Source: Octopus vulgaris
Taxonomy: Eukaryota
Assembly: GCA_951406725.2 (NCBI GenBank)
Contig: OX597826.1
Span: 31,930,001 to 31,994,000, forward strand
Reading direction: 5' to 3'
Length of the DNA stretch: 64,000 nt
The position numbers and the translations under genes are program-made. Positions 48,081 to 64,000 of the stretch are shown piece by piece. Positions within the stretch are counted from its first letter, which is position 1, and every line of letters starts with the position of its first letter. The notes beneath the pieces are model-generated. The model was not told the origin of the DNA, made no database searches, and saw nothing but the letters and a program-made list of their open reading frames with translations.

Positions 48081-50686
48081 CTCAGCAATTAAAACTTTAG
48101 GATAGTTGTAATGTTTTAAGTCAAGAACATAAGTTTTTTAAGTTTTATTTTATTGGTTTAATTTTTCTTTTAAATTTATTTTAAATTTCTTTTGTTGTTG
48201 TTTAATGTTTTTCTTTTCTTACATTTGAATGACCCATGATATATCAATTAGTAGAAATGAGAGATTGAGAGAGGAGGAAGAGAGAGAGAGAGAGATGGAG
48301 AAGGAGATGTAAAGAGAGATAGAGAAAGGGGGATAGGAGAGGGGGAAGATTGAGTTTACATTGTAAGGAATTTTAGTACAGAACATTTGAAGCCATTTTA
48401 GCATTTTAATTTGAAAATCAAAATGAAAAAAATTAATAAAGAACAATAACTAAGAAAAGTAATTAGTAAAAAAAACAATAAAAGAAATCGATAAATGTAA
48501 TAATATAACATAATTTTAAAGAATACAACAGGAGAAGATTTCATAAATAGACAAAAAAACTGTGAATATTGGTGACGCTACTGATCTATATTTGTGAATG
48601 TATGTATGTTACTTTGTGGAAGTTGAATTTTAAAAAAAAACAACTAAATTTTTTATCATATTTATCTACGTGGTCATGTGACTAGGTGTAAAAAAATATC
48701 ACCAAATCTGAATATGAATATATCTTAATATCTCACTTTCATACTTTATAAAATGTGTTTTTATTTCAATTTTATGACTGATCTGTCAGATTTTCTTTCT
48801 TTTTCTTTCTTTCTTCCTTGTTTTTGATAATTTGTAATTTCGGGGTTCAAAATCTATGAATTGTGCTCACTCACCAATTCTTATACTTTCAGGAGAAAAA
48901 TTTTGTCACTTAAAGAGAAAATGTGTCTTTTTTTCTATTTTTCACATGAAGATTTTTTTTCAGACTGTATCAAATATGATTCTAATTATTTTAAAATAAT
49001 TTGGCTCTGTTCAGCTTAAAGTTCATTAATTTTAATGAAAGAAGTTTTAGTTGGACAAGTATTTTGCCTTCTGTATTAAATCATTTTTAAAAGCATTTTA
49101 TGAACTTTGTTGTAAGTAATTTCACTAATTATTGTTGAAGTTACTTTGTATTAACTCTGTATATACTGCAATTTCTATTTCTAATGTTTTGGTTACTATC
49201 CATGAATGTTTGGGTGGGGCACAGGCTAAGCTTTATATCAGCTTTGTAACAAAAATTGCTAAAATGATTGCTGTTATAGCATTAAATTTTCCACACAACT
49301 TCTGATAAACTATTTTGTTTCCATCATCAAAGAGGCTACATGGACACTAATCACAACAAGGATAACAATTTCTTAATTAATGAAGTAACGTGATAAATAG
49401 GGGCACGACATTTATGCAGTTGCTCTTTCACTATTCCACTGGCTGCATTAGCTAAAGCAATTCCATTGAAAATAAAATTGTACAGTGTGTGACAAAAAAA
49501 CATCCTACATTGCACAGGTTGACAAATGCTTTTGCAGTAAATGCCAAGTGTGCTCAAATCCAAAGTATACGACTCTATGACAAAAACGATAGATTAACTA
49601 CAGGTAAGCATCATTTATTAGTGTCTAACTTTATTAGTGCCACACCACTGGCCCTGTAAAATATGGGAGGCTTTTATGCCACTCTTGTAGACACCATTCA
49701 TGGAAATTATAAAAAAAAGCTCTGGTTTGGAATATGAGAAATAATATCAATAATCATAATTTCTCACATTGACATGAGAATTTATGAGGAGGTATAGCTA
49801 ACTGAAGTGATCCTTCGGTATATATCTGGTACTTATCAACTGCTGATGGAGAAAAAGGTAAATTCTAAATATTAATGCCTCATATACATCCATGAAATCT
49901 CAGAAGGATAGAAAGTTGTGACATTCATGTCTTCTATAAATTTGATTAATAAAGAAATTCATTCTTTAACTAGCGTTTCTTACTTAGGCATAATTCCAGC
50001 TGTTGAGAAGATGAAGCTATTGGCATTTACACCTTATATTCTATTTCACTCGTTCTTCTGATTCTTAAAACCCCTGATAACTTTGGAACTAGGAAAAAAG
50101 AAAACTAAATTCGCCAGAGTAATTAATATTATTATGGTACCTTATTTTTCCTAATTATTTTTCTAAAACAATTACTGTTATTTTTCTAATTATGTATGAA
50201 GTGTTCTTGAAGAATAGAGAGACCAGAAGGAGTATGGTACTTTTTCCATGCCACCACTTCACATTGAATTGTAGAAATATTTCTAAAGTTGTATTTACTT
50301 TGGCAAAACTTGGCTGCAACATGAAAAGAAGATGCTGGAATCAGTTTTAGTGTGGAACTATTTCTCCTTTTCTTTATTTCTCTCTCTCTTTTCCATAATG
50401 TCAGATAAACTTCAAATCTACTTATTCAAAAGTGTTTCAAAAATTTCTGAAATTCTGCGCACAATAAGGAAAAGAAAACAAATTTCAAGCTTTTCCCATA
50501 ATTTTTAAATCAAACAATGTGATGGATTTTGAGAAAATTAATGGACTCTATACAGTTAGCAGCAAGATTTGATGGAACTTATCTCAACACAGCTGAATTT
50601 ATTAATACACAATGCACAGCCTTCCTCATCAGATAATTTCAAGTTTTCAAGAGTTTGAATTTATAAAATACCATTGTAACTTTACC

Positions 50687-50770
<84 letters not shown>

Positions 50771-51742
50771 GATGAAATGTATGTATGAGTGTATGAGAGT
50801 TAAAGATCAAATGCAAGAATTTTTGATATTTTTTGATAATTTTAAAGAATCAATCTCTTCAAAGCTTGACTGTCTCCACCATATACTGCCATTGGCATCC
50901 ATACACTTCAGTTATATAGAACCTCAATTTCTGGATGGCTGTCTTTTAATTCCCTACCACCACAAGCAATCAGGTTAACTGGCTCACTGTAAAGAAACAT
51001 ATTTTAAAGCTTGTCAGCTTCAAAAAATTCTTCCCAGTTTTCTAATATCTCTCAAATGTATGGAAGCTCATCAATTTTCCTTTTCCTCTCACTTGTTAAT
51101 TTTAAAAATTGTCTAATAGTTTCTTTATTTATGAAAACTTTGCTAGTTTAAAACTACAATAACTGAAAATCATAACTAGTTTCTACGGTGCCTTACTTAT
51201 GTTGATTTCTGAAGAGCAAAATAATACGAATACTTTTAGATAGTTTATAAAAGAAAATATATAAAAATAAAAAAATATCATTTTGGTAAATCAAATTATT
51301 GTTAAATTTGAATATTCCTTAACATATAAAACACTCATAGATTCCAAGGGTTTATATTTTATACAGCTGGTTAAATATTAGGTTTAGGTTAATCTTAGAT
51401 ACTTTCTTTTATATTTAAATTAGTTTAAAGTCGTTTATCCTCAAGAGGTTTTCATTTTTTTTTTTAAATCACTAGATTTCAGTGTTAACTTAACATTGTC
51501 TATGCACCAATCTACCATAGTTTTGAAATTTCACACGACAAAAGGCTACAGAATCTTAGCAAAAGCATTCACACACAAATGCTTGAAACAAGTCTTTCAT
51601 CATGTCTTTCATATTCACATAAGCACACGACATATTTTAACTAAACGATGCGTAATTGTTACAATAGATTTGGTGACATTTTCAGTGAAGTTTTGTGAAG
51701 AAAATTAATATATATGCATCAAGTTCATGTATACATACATAC

Positions 51743-51807
<65 letters not shown>

Positions 51808-51814
51808 TATATAC

Positions 51815-51875
<61 letters not shown>

Positions 51876-51891
51876 CGTATATATATATATG

Positions 51892-51995
<104 letters not shown>

Positions 51996-53470
51996 CCTAT
52001 GGATAAGTTAAGCCGTCTTTATATATATTAAATAATGTCATCATAGTTTTTTTGTTGCTATTAAATTATTACTATTGTTGCCATTTATATTAAGGTCAAG
52101 GAGTTGCTCTTTGTTTGATGTATCATAATGTACGTACATGTTGGGCAGAGATTTGTGAATGGGCATGCAGTAAACCCTTGGAAAAAGGGAAAACTTCAAA
52201 ATAAAATTTCTTCTGAATTAAGGGTATTCTTTTATACAATGATCCTCTGATATAAAACTTGCTGTTCAAAATAGTTATTTATAATTTTGTTGCTGTTTGT
52301 CACTGGATGCTTAGTGAATAACTTAAGTCTTATTCAAGCGTACATCACCTTTATCCAATGACATACATATATTTCATATGAGATGGTTATCACAAGTTTA
52401 TACATGTATTTATTCATCCATGTATGTTTGTATGTATATACATGTGTATGTGCATGCATTTTTTCATATTTACCAGGTTTGACATGTTTGCTTCTGTTGC
52501 ACATGGAACCATTCTTACCATCCTTACAATGCTTTCATTTTTATTGTTTTATTTATTCATTCTTTTTTTAAATTTCTTTCTATCTTTCTTGTTTCCTCAT
52601 TTGCACATTACCTACAAACCTGGGAGTTCATAACTCAGTGAGAAATACCTAGGTGTAAGTCATGAATGAATGTCACAACATATTACTTCTCTGTTACCAA
52701 TACCTATAAATCAGGACCTATAAGAGATGAATAGAAGCAGTACATTGATCTGGAGACTGTACAGCCAAAGAGGGTCCTATATGAATATCCAATGGGCCCC
52801 CAGCTTTGCAACAGACAACAAAACACAGAACTGAAAGCCTCTTAAATTTTGAGAGAAAATCCCTTGTTATCCAAATGCAGACTTTTTTTAAAAAAATTTC
52901 TCTCATGGTCCTTGCTGCTAGCTTAATCAAAAAAGAACTCGTTATTTATACCTCTCTTACAATTGTTTTATGTTCTCCTTGACTGCTAAATGGTATGACA
53001 GCCAGGTTAAAACTTATCTGTGAGACTTTTAAATTTGTCCATATATGCACAAATGGTGGGTTGGGACCACAGCATATACACACTGTATTTCGTTGCTGTT
53101 GGTTTCTTGAGCTGTTAAACAAATGACCAATCCTAATGGTTATTTAATTAGATCCTCAATGATCAGTTTGATATCAGAGTGAATTCAAGGTAGAGTTATC
53201 GAAATAAAAATACTTCATGTTTATTTAATTCTACACATTAATCTTCAGGTGACGACTGTGCAATTTAATCTTTTTACATATAAAACAATCAACAAGCAAA
53301 AAATGCATATAAACATATTCACACACACACACACACACACACTTGAACACATGCATGCACATGCACACATATTAATGTTTATCTTTATGTCTAGTTATAT
53401 ATGAAAACATCCAAACTTTACACTGAATGATCACTCCATCCTTGTATGCATGTATGTATGAATATATATG

Positions 53471-53537
<67 letters not shown>

Positions 53538-53658
53538 CATATTAATCAACGGCAGCATTTGTCCTATATTTATGGACTGCCATATTAGCTTGGCGACAAC
53601 ACTTAATATCCAGTACCGCTGCCATAGTCTCCTTTAGAGAGACTTAGAAATAATAATG

Positions 53659-53697
<39 letters not shown>

Positions 53698-54446
53698 TAT
53701 ATATATATAATATATTATATATTATATATATATAAAACATATATATATGTGTGTGTGTGTATGTGAAGCATACACACTATGTTGACATATACACAATATA
53801 TGTATAATGCATATACATGTATACACCTGAGTGATCATTGAAACCACAGTCAAAAGGTATCATTCCAGTCAAAGCTGTAGTATGTGTAAACATCAGTGTG
53901 AACATTTTTTCATCTGTACATGAACCCCATTTAACACATATAACACAATATGTAATATATTCACATGTATATATCCATAGCATCTCTATTAAAACACAGA
54001 AGCATTAGATAAATTACAATTTACTCTATGATAGATATTATATTTTCATTGCCTAATTATCTACTTATTAAAAGCCACAGACTTTCTAATTACTAGCATT
54101 ACAATGAAATTTTAATTAATGTATTTTATCTTCATCGTCCCCCATCATTTGTAACTTATGATCTTCATATATACTTGCAGACTAATAACTTTTAATTCGG
54201 TTTCCATAACTCACTCTGCCACAGATTCTCTTCCATTCTATTTTATTACTTTTTCTTTATTTCAGCTTCTCCCTATATTTGGAAGTAATTATATGATATA
54301 ATTTATTATATGCTAATAATTATTTCCCATTGGTTAGATAAGAATTAATTAAAATTGATGAGTGAAAGCCGCAATTAAATATTAAAGTGATGTAAACAAC
54401 TACTTTCTTCATTCAGAAATGTTGAAACAAAAAATAAACAACAATA

Positions 54447-54477
<31 letters not shown>

Positions 54478-55515
54478 AATAAAATATTAAACAAATTAAG
54501 AAAATATGTTCCTAATATGAAAAATTCTAAAACAGCAAACAAGTTGCTAAATATATTAATTTTTTTATTTTTCTAATAAGCTTGAAAACATGAAGTTGAG
54601 TGTATATATTTGTATATGTATGCTTGTGTAAGAATGTATGTGTATATATTTACATATATACATATATATATGTGTATGTATGTGTGTGTATATATATACA
54701 CACAAACATTTATTTATATTTATATATATATATATATATATAAGTGTATATATATGCACATAAATACATTATATATATACAGATATATATTTATACATAT
54801 TTGCATGTATATATATATACATATATATATATGTGAATGTGGATATGTAAATGTGTTAGCTTTTGCATCTTGTATGTATATATGTATATATAAAAGTATG
54901 TATGTGTGGATGTATGTATATGTGCATATATATATGTTTGTATGTATAGCCCAGTTAATTTTTTTTAAAGTGTTGTGCGAAATTATAGTACAATATTTTG
55001 ACATTAATCTGTAGGAGATAGATAACAGTAAAGATTATTTCAGATTACATGAATAAAAATAAAATTTCAATAAATTTTGTAATAAATCCTCAGAAGTCTG
55101 AAAACCTATATGAACTGTATATGGGGAAGATAACAGGAAATTTTATATGAAAACTAAAATTGTTAGAAATATGTTATATAACCAAATTGATTTTGATCAG
55201 GAACCTTGGAAATTTTTAATTAATCTGTATTTAGTTTTATGTAAGTATAAATATGAAGGTTAGACAGTATTTCATATATATCTATATACAAATTGGATAT
55301 ACTTGAAAAAGAAAAACAAAAAGCATTGCTCCAGCATGTCTATAGTTTTCATCACACAAACAAGAGTAAATAACTGAAGGAGATATTTGCATTTGTATAT
55401 ATTTGACCTTAATTTATAAAGAGTTATCAAGTCCTGAGTACATATTAATTAACAAATATTCATTTATCAAAGGGAGGTAATGAATTAATAAATTATCTAT
55501 CTATCTTTCTATGCA

Positions 55516-55565
<50 letters not shown>

Positions 55566-55841
55566 TAGAAGGTTTCTTGCTGAGAGAAAGATTAGTATGT
55601 CTTCAACCAGAATTCCATCAATTTAACTGAAAAGTATGTGCTTTATAGTTTGGAATCTCATTGAAAACAAGATGCTCATTTTTGTCAGCATGAAACCTCT
55701 GGTATCAGACAAGCAGCAAAAATCAGAAATTTTATTTAAAGGAACCTTTCATCAACATTTCTGGTGTTGAATAATTAGTCTTCTAGTTCATTACTAAAGT
55801 GTGTATATGAGCATGAGCACGTGTGTGTACATGTGAGTGCA

Positions 55842-55885
<44 letters not shown>

Positions 55886-56559
55886 TGTGTAAATGCATAT
55901 ATATTTGTATATATGCATGTGAGTTTATATATTTGCACATTTATCTATTATATACATGTATAAACAAATATATATATATGCATATATATTCACACACATG
56001 CATGCACACACGTTTCCTTCAGACTGAATTCAAAATGGCTGTGACTGAAGTTTCTCACTGGCAGAGGCTTCACAGACTCTGCATGCAAATATATATATAT
56101 ATATATATACACATATATAAATATATATATATAAATACACACACACTCACACACATATATATATACATATATATATATATGTGTATATATATATACATAC
56201 ACATATATATATATGTATATATATGTATGTATATATATATACATATAGATATATATATGTATATATAAATATATATATATATATGTATATATACATACAT
56301 ATATGCATATATATACATATATATATGCATATATACATATATATATGTATATACATATATATACACACATATGCATATTTATATATACATACACACAGAC
56401 ATATATATATATGCATATATAAGTATATACCTATAACCCTCACCATGTCAATTTCCATGCTTGTATGGGTTGGGCGGAATATCTTGAGGCAGATTTTCTA
56501 TGGCTGGATGCTCTTCCTGTCACCAACCCCCACCTGTTTCCAAGTAAAGAATATATATA

Positions 56560-56613
<54 letters not shown>

Positions 56614-56837
56614 CATACATATGTATGTGTGCATATGTGTAAATATATATAAATGTTTGTTTTTATGCCATGTTATATACGAAAACAATTTAACATTAAT
56701 CAGAAGGATTACTCCATACTTTTTACTTCTCTACATATTTCTTGACTGTGACTCCCAAATATAAGCTTACTTGCCATACTGATGAAGTTGAACAAGCCAA
56801 AACTTTGTCATCACTATCAACGTTTACCTTCTAAAAG

Positions 56838-56910
<73 letters not shown>

Positions 56911-57062
56911 CTATGTATATATATAATGCAAATTTACCTCAAAAATAACAAGCTGAAACAGCTATAAATGCTATTTTAACTACAATTAAACTATGACCAT
57001 TTAATACCAATGATCAACTTCTAATTGTTAATTGTTGCTCCATTTCTTTTCTTATTTGAAGA

Positions 57063-57122
<60 letters not shown>

Positions 57123-57555
57123 CATATATACATGTTTGCTAATGTCTATATTTATACAACTTTGTCTAAAATATATTGAGAAGGTACTGGTTGCTGTGCT
57201 AAACAAACTCACAATCATCCAATCATTATATGAATTTAGTTAACGGAGAACAAATATGCCTGTATTGGTGTTGTTTAGAACAACACAGATATATGGCTGC
57301 ATTTTGCATGATTCATTTTGCAGTGTAAGTTCCTTTCCTTATTACTATATATGTGTGCAAAACAGTATTTTTTCAGGGTGGCAATTTTTTTCTTATTGTC
57401 TTAGTGAGGTTCTCAACTTTGCCTTGCTGCTAACTTTGATTTCACATTCACAATGTTGGAAATTTATGTCAATTACTTTCATGGATATACACATACACAC
57501 ATATTTATATATGTATATGTATGTATATATATATATATATATATATGTATATGTG

Positions 57556-57592
<37 letters not shown>

Positions 57593-57672
57593 ATATATAT
57601 ATATGTATATGTGTATGTATATATATTTAATATATGTATATGTGTATGTATATATATATATATATATGTATG

Positions 57673-57749
<77 letters not shown>

Positions 57750-58190
57750 GTATGTATGTATGAATTAAAATCGAATGAAAATATTTTTGAATAGAGAATC
57801 TAAAAGCTATAAATAATAATATGTAGAATATTGGGTTTTAAAACCTTACCCAAATATGCTTTTAATTATAGCTTTATCTACTTCGAGCATCAACATTAGA
57901 AGAAACAGTTTAATTTACATTTCTTGAAGTGTCTAAACTCTGTTAACGTAAAGAGACAGACAGACACACACGCACACATGAATATAAGTACACATATAAA
58001 TATCTATGTCTGTATGCATCTGTGTCAGTGAGTGTGTGTGTGTGGATGCATAGGGAAGGAAGCTAGTGAGAGGAATGAAGTTACTGTGATCAGAACTATT
58101 ACAATGTCTCAAAATTTGAAATTTAATAACAACCTATTTTAAATGTATCCTCATGCATTTACATAAATATAACAGATACAAAGTATATAT

Positions 58191-58237
<47 letters not shown>

Positions 58238-58346
58238 CATACACACATATATATTCATATATATGTATGTACATGCACAAATACGTATGTATGTGTGTAT
58301 ATATATATATATATACATACATACATATATATATATATACATATAC

Positions 58347-58393
<47 letters not shown>

Positions 58394-58396
58394 CAC

Positions 58397-58477
<81 letters not shown>

Positions 58478-58829
58478 TACACACATACATATACATATAT
58501 TAACAACCACATATAAACCTACATATATAATTGATTGCCTGTCACTTTGAATACTCCTATGCTAGCATCATTCTTCTGATCTGACAACTCTGATAAAGAA
58601 TAATAAAATGTCAATGTTTTCTTATAACATGTGTTTATATATACATATACATCTATGAATATATATGCATATATATATATATATATGTGCATGTATGTGT
58701 GTGTGTGTGTGTGTATGTGTGTATTTATATATATGTATATAAAGAGAGAGAGAGAGAAACAAAGAGAGATCTATCTCAGTTATTATCATAACAGTATAAA
58801 TTTAGCACTATATATCTGTATATGTAAGC

Positions 58830-58994
<165 letters not shown>

Positions 58995-59060
58995 GGTCCC
59001 GGGTTGATTCGGGGTTAACCACAGTAAATAAGGTACTCAATACATAGCAGAGTAAAATTA

Positions 59061-59191
59061 ATTTATTATATAGAAGGAGCTTCTACAGGACTAGAACTGT
59101 TTCATTCAAGAGAAATCATCAGGAAGCTTCTTGATGATTTCTCTTGAATGAAACAGTTCTAGTCCTGTAGAAGCTCCTTCTATATAATAAA

Positions 59192-59192
<1 letters not shown>
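59061..59192. repeat. 132-bp spacerless palindrome with one mismatch
   Basis: Centred on aagctt (59124-59129); only mismatch is 59122/59131. Confidence 0.95.
59078..59128 (-). ncRNA. minimal type I hammerhead ribozyme motif within a 132-bp palindrome
   Basis: minus strand agcttc-CTGATGA-tttctcttgaat-GAAA-cagttctagtcctGTA-gaagct; stem I 6 bp, stem III ACAG/CTGT, weak stem II. Confidence 0.7.
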
Positions 59193-59251
<59 letters not shown>

Positions 59252-60454
59252 AAGAAACAGGTTTTGAGAATTTGTAAGAATGCCTTCTAGATATATGTAG
59301 CCCTGTGAGCAAAGCTAAGATTTATTATTAATATTTACTGAAGTGCTGCAATATTTTCTCATAAATTTTAAGTCATAACTACTGAAAAATTTGGGATAAA
59401 ATATGTCATTCTGGACACTTTAAACTGGAAAGGAGTTGTTCAGCCAACCATTTGAATAATGTATGCATCAATTAAATAACATATAGAAAAATATTGGTTT
59501 TTACAATGTGGTCGCGTGTTCTTATTCTAGGAAAGTTATATCACTTGGTTTTAATTGACAGAGTCAAAGAACCTGAGACTAAAGGGACAGAAACCAAATC
59601 TAAAACTTGGCATTCTTCTGTCTGATCTAGTACATGGCATACTGTAGCATTCAGTGTTTGGTGGCACAATAAAAACACCAAGCATATGATGTATAGTTCA
59701 GTCTCTAGTTTTATGTTCAAATAAGACATAAGTACATTACATATTGATTATAGAAATCAGAGATATTCTGAATAGAATTGATATTGTAGTTCTGCGTGCA
59801 TTGGTCCTTGTTAGCTAACAGTGCTTAGTACATGCCCTGGCAAGCTAACAATGCTTAGCAATAAGTTTCATGCATGCTGTCACCTTAATAGTAATGAAAA
59901 TTTATAATGTTTTTAAAAGTAATGTTGTAATGTATTCACTGAAGATAACAACTTTTAATTTTGTGTTTAAATTAGGCCAATTTGAAATAAAGGAACATCT
60001 ACATTATAGTAATGATGAATGAGATGAAAGACCATGTTAGAAAATGATATCACTTTACAGTATGAAAATTTATCTTTGAAGAATATTTTTGAGATCAAAG
60101 CTAATCCATTTGATAATATGATTTTCTGATGAGAGATTGATATGTTTAAAGCAAAATAATTCTATAATATTGTTTTCTAAGTAATTGGCAGGAAAGGCAA
60201 GAATTCTCTTAGTTTAATGTACATTTTTTTTAGGAACATTTCTTTTAATTATATCTAAAAAATATACTCTTTCCATCAAACAATTTTCTAAGTAACCATA
60301 AATCCAATAACAACAACAATGATATTAATAATAACGATAATGATGATGATAATAATGATAATACTATTAATAATAATATTAATATCAATAATAATAATAG
60401 TAATGATGATGATGATGATGATGATGATAATAATAATAAAGATAATAATAATTC

Positions 60455-60720
60455 CTAAATTTGGCACTAGGCCAGCAGTTATGAATGGAGAGGGGAATCA
60501 ATTTCATCAACTCCAGTACTTGATGAGTACTTATCTTATTGACTATGGAAAGAGGAAAGGCAAAGTCCACCTCAGCAGAATTTGAACTCAGAACATAAAG
60601 ACAGATGAAATGCTGCTTAGCATTGGGTCTGGCATGTTACCATTTCTGCTAGCTTGCTGTCTGATAATAACAATAAAAATAATTCTTTTCTACTCTAGGC
60701 ACAAGGCCTGAAATTTTATT
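60455..60720 (-). mobile_element. old SINE family 1 copy with CpG decay
   Basis: family CG sites appear as TG/CA. Confidence 0.7.
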
Positions 60721-61678
60721 TTACCATCCTTGGAACAATGAAAGACAAATTAACCACAATTGGATTTGAACTCAAAATGTAAATGGTCTTAATTGAATGC
60801 TGTAAAGAATTTTGTTCCAGGTTCCAGTGATTCTACCAATCATCTGATTAAATGTAACAAATATAATTATAATATTTCTTAACCAAAATATAAGCTCCAC
60901 AAATTTAGAACTAAGAGTTTGTATTGATTTTAACCAAACAATAATTTTTTTCCAGCAATTATTTTATTGCCCTCAGAAGTATGAAAGTAAAGCTGACCTT
61001 AGTAGGATATGAACTCAGAACTTAAAGAATTGGAAGAAATATTACAAAGTGTTTTATCCAATAGTCTAATGATTGTGATGATCCACAGCTCTAACAATAA
61101 AATTATATAAAAACTATCACAAGTCATTTCAAAGAAACCATATGGTTTGTTAGCATTTTTGGCAGTTATGTGTTTGCAATGTGTATTGACTATAAGCATT
61201 ACTCAATCATACCAATGCATACTTACAAACATGTATGTATGTATGTATGAATGTACATGCACTTTTTAAAGAAAGAATTGGACCCTTTTTTTAAAAAAAA
61301 GGGAAATTATAGTTTTGGGGTAAGTTTTTTTTATTTAAACAAAACAACATGCTATCCCCACCTTTTTCCGTCATTACGCTAAACCACAGGGCCTGAATCT
61401 TAAAGCAAAACAATATAAGTATATACAATAAACTAGGCAAAAATAAAGATCTTTCTGAACTGAACGGAAAATTTATGAAGAATATTTTAAATCCTTGCCT
61501 TAGTAAGATTCCTGTTAAATACAAGAAGTACCTTTAAATTTCTGTCAAATTATTATGTGGATTATACAAGGTAACTTCAAGGTTTATCTAGCTATTTTGA
61601 TATTTACATTTATATTTCCTTTTAATGGCGTGTGTGTATGTATATATGTGTATATATGTATACATATACATGCATATT

Positions 61679-61720
<42 letters not shown>

Positions 61721-61920
61721 CATATTTATGTGTGTGTGTATGTATGTGTATATGTGTATGTATGTATATGTATATATATATGTGTATATATGTATGTATA
61801 TGTTTACACACACACACACATATATATATACACATACCTATACATGCATACATACATACATACATGCATACATATATAGGTTTCCAATATAGAAACCTAT
61901 ATAGACTCGATTATACTATC

Positions 61921-61980
<60 letters not shown>

Positions 61981-62462
61981 CATATATACACACACACATA
62001 TAGCTTTATCATTATTCTTCTTATTTACAGAATGGTAAACTAAAAAATATGTCCAGTGATGATATGTTATGTAATAATCTGAAATAATCGTCTGTCTGTC
62101 TCCAAGCAACTCATTATATTATTATTTTATTTTTTTCAATATAACAAACAATTCATTTATTGATATCCTCAGTCCAGTCATAAAATTCTGTCTCTCAGGA
62201 AAAAAAAAAAGGAAAAAAGTCTCAAAGAAAAAAAATTATAATAATTTGTTGGAAATATTCTCTGGCATTATTTTGATTTTTTTTTTTTCAATTCTGATAA
62301 TTTTAAAATATTTTCTTCCTTCATCTTTTTCTTCACTTTCTCCTTGTTATTATAATTTATTTTTTGTTGTTCATTTTTTTTCGTTAAGCTTTCATTTATA
62401 TGTACCGTTGTTATTTAAAAATTTTTTTTACATTTAATTTTTTTTTTTTGACAAATCATCTT

Positions 62463-62586
62463 TCATCGATCGTCTCTGTTGGTTTTTTTTTTGTTTTTGT
62501 TGCTACAAATAAAGCCGAATCCCAAGAATACATAGCAGAAAACTGATAGATAATTCAAAACAGATGATTCAACAACCACCTGACCC
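62463..62586 (-). CDS. possible terminal coding exon of an unidentified membrane-protein gene entering from the right edge
   Basis: Strong minus-strand acceptor (long pyrimidine tract ending TTTTACAG), then GQVVVESSVLNYLSVFCYVFLGFGFICSNKNKKKTNRDDR-stop (hydrophobic stretch plus basic tail); homolog not recognised. Confidence 0.45.
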
Positions 62587-63843
62587 CTGTAAAAAAAAAA
62601 AGGAAGAAAACCCCAGGTCCAGATCCATGAATTAACAACCAACATTAACTGATTGTTCTTTTATTATTATTATTATGTATGGTTTGTATTTATTTAATTT
62701 CTTGTGTGTGAGTATGCTTTTTTTTCCTTCTGCAAGTGCCAATATCAAGAACATATCACAGTTTCACATCCTCATTGAAGATAGAAGAAAAATAAAAGAA
62801 GGAGTGGCAGGAATGAGGAAAATCTGTTAAGTGTTTCTTTGGAATAGGCACAAAATACTTGGGTGACCCCTTCCCCCTTCAAAAGAAACAGAAAAAGAAA
62901 GTTTCATGAGCACACTTACATATATACACATATGCACACAGACATGCACACACACATGCATAAACAACACATGTACATGCATGTACACACTCATATATAT
63001 GTACACACAAAATGCATGCACAGCAATTTGCCTTCATTTCTAATTCCCAGTTAGAAATATCTTTGTTTATATATTTTGTCTATATATTTCGTGTGTACTA
63101 ATGTGCATATGCAAATGTATGTATGTGTATGTATATGTGAATGTGTATGTGTGCATGTGTGCATAAGAATATGCTGGTGTGTGTATGTGCATGTGTGTTT
63201 AAGCAATGCATATGTATATGTGTATTTATAATTGTATATGTCAGTGTGTATGTATATATGCAAGTAGATGCATACAGGCATGTATATATATATAAGTGTC
63301 TGTGTTAATGAGAATGTGTATGCATGCATATGTTGGTCTGTATGTATGTATATGTGATACTGTAAGCGTGCAACTGCATGTGTGGGTATTACCATGTTCA
63401 TCCTTTGATGGACACTGCATAAACTATCAATAATTAACACTAATTAAACACTAATGAATTATATTTTTTGTATCATTTCTTTTGTTTCCATGACTTCCAT
63501 ATATGTGATAATTGCATCAAAGTTAAGCAATATTTTAAGTGCACTTGCACTCTAACACACATACACACAAATACACATATGCACTCACACACACAAATAT
63601 TCACACATGTGTATATTAATTATACTTAGTAAAATGAATCCAATTGCAGTGCATACATTCTGCTGCACTTATGCATTTTGACCTGCCCATATGTGTGCAT
63701 TATAAGCAAACACACACACATACATACACATATACGAACATATATATACACATACTCACACACACACACATATATATGTATATATATATATATATATAAA
63801 TATATATAAGTACATATATATATATGCATATATATATATACAC

Positions 63844-63902
<59 letters not shown>

Positions 63903-63938
63903 TAGATATGTATATACATATACATATATATATATACA

Positions 63939-63972
<34 letters not shown>

Positions 63973-64000
63973 CATACACATACATATATATATACATACA

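Noticed and set aside
49460-49603. Open frame ending at a strong donor site
   Set aside because: Upstream in-frame stop, no convincing acceptor or start, and no recognisable protein
56775-56812. CTGATGA...AAAAC...GTC hammerhead-like string (similar weak cases near 27568, 51209 and 53826)
   Set aside because: Core element or stem I missing; cannot be distinguished from chance

Overview
AT-rich, microsatellite-dense animal genomic DNA, most likely an octopus (inferred from the SINE families and repeat content). The + strand carries two tandem paralogous SLC22/MFS organic-ion transporter genes. Gene A is partial (last 6 coding exons, 1-10104). Gene B is apparently complete (9 coding exons, 18061-38689, 553 aa if the predicted first exon is right). 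A possible terminal exon of an unidentified membrane-protein gene lies on the - strand near 62.5 kb. Introns and intergenic DNA hold tRNA-derived SINEs and decayed mariner/Tc1, hAT, Mutator, piggyBac-MITE, RTE, CRE-like, R4/Dong-like and Penelope-like elements. The most interesting unannotated signal is a set of type I hammerhead-ribozyme (HHR) motifs. Three have intact cores (9485-9569 +, 40999-41104 +, 59078-59128 -) and several more are degenerate. They sit in short non-coding modules embedded in (TA)n tracts, often as tandem or inverted copies, suggesting Penelope pLTR / retrozyme-like elements. There are also many fold-back structures, including a 1.2 kb near-perfect intronic inverted duplication.
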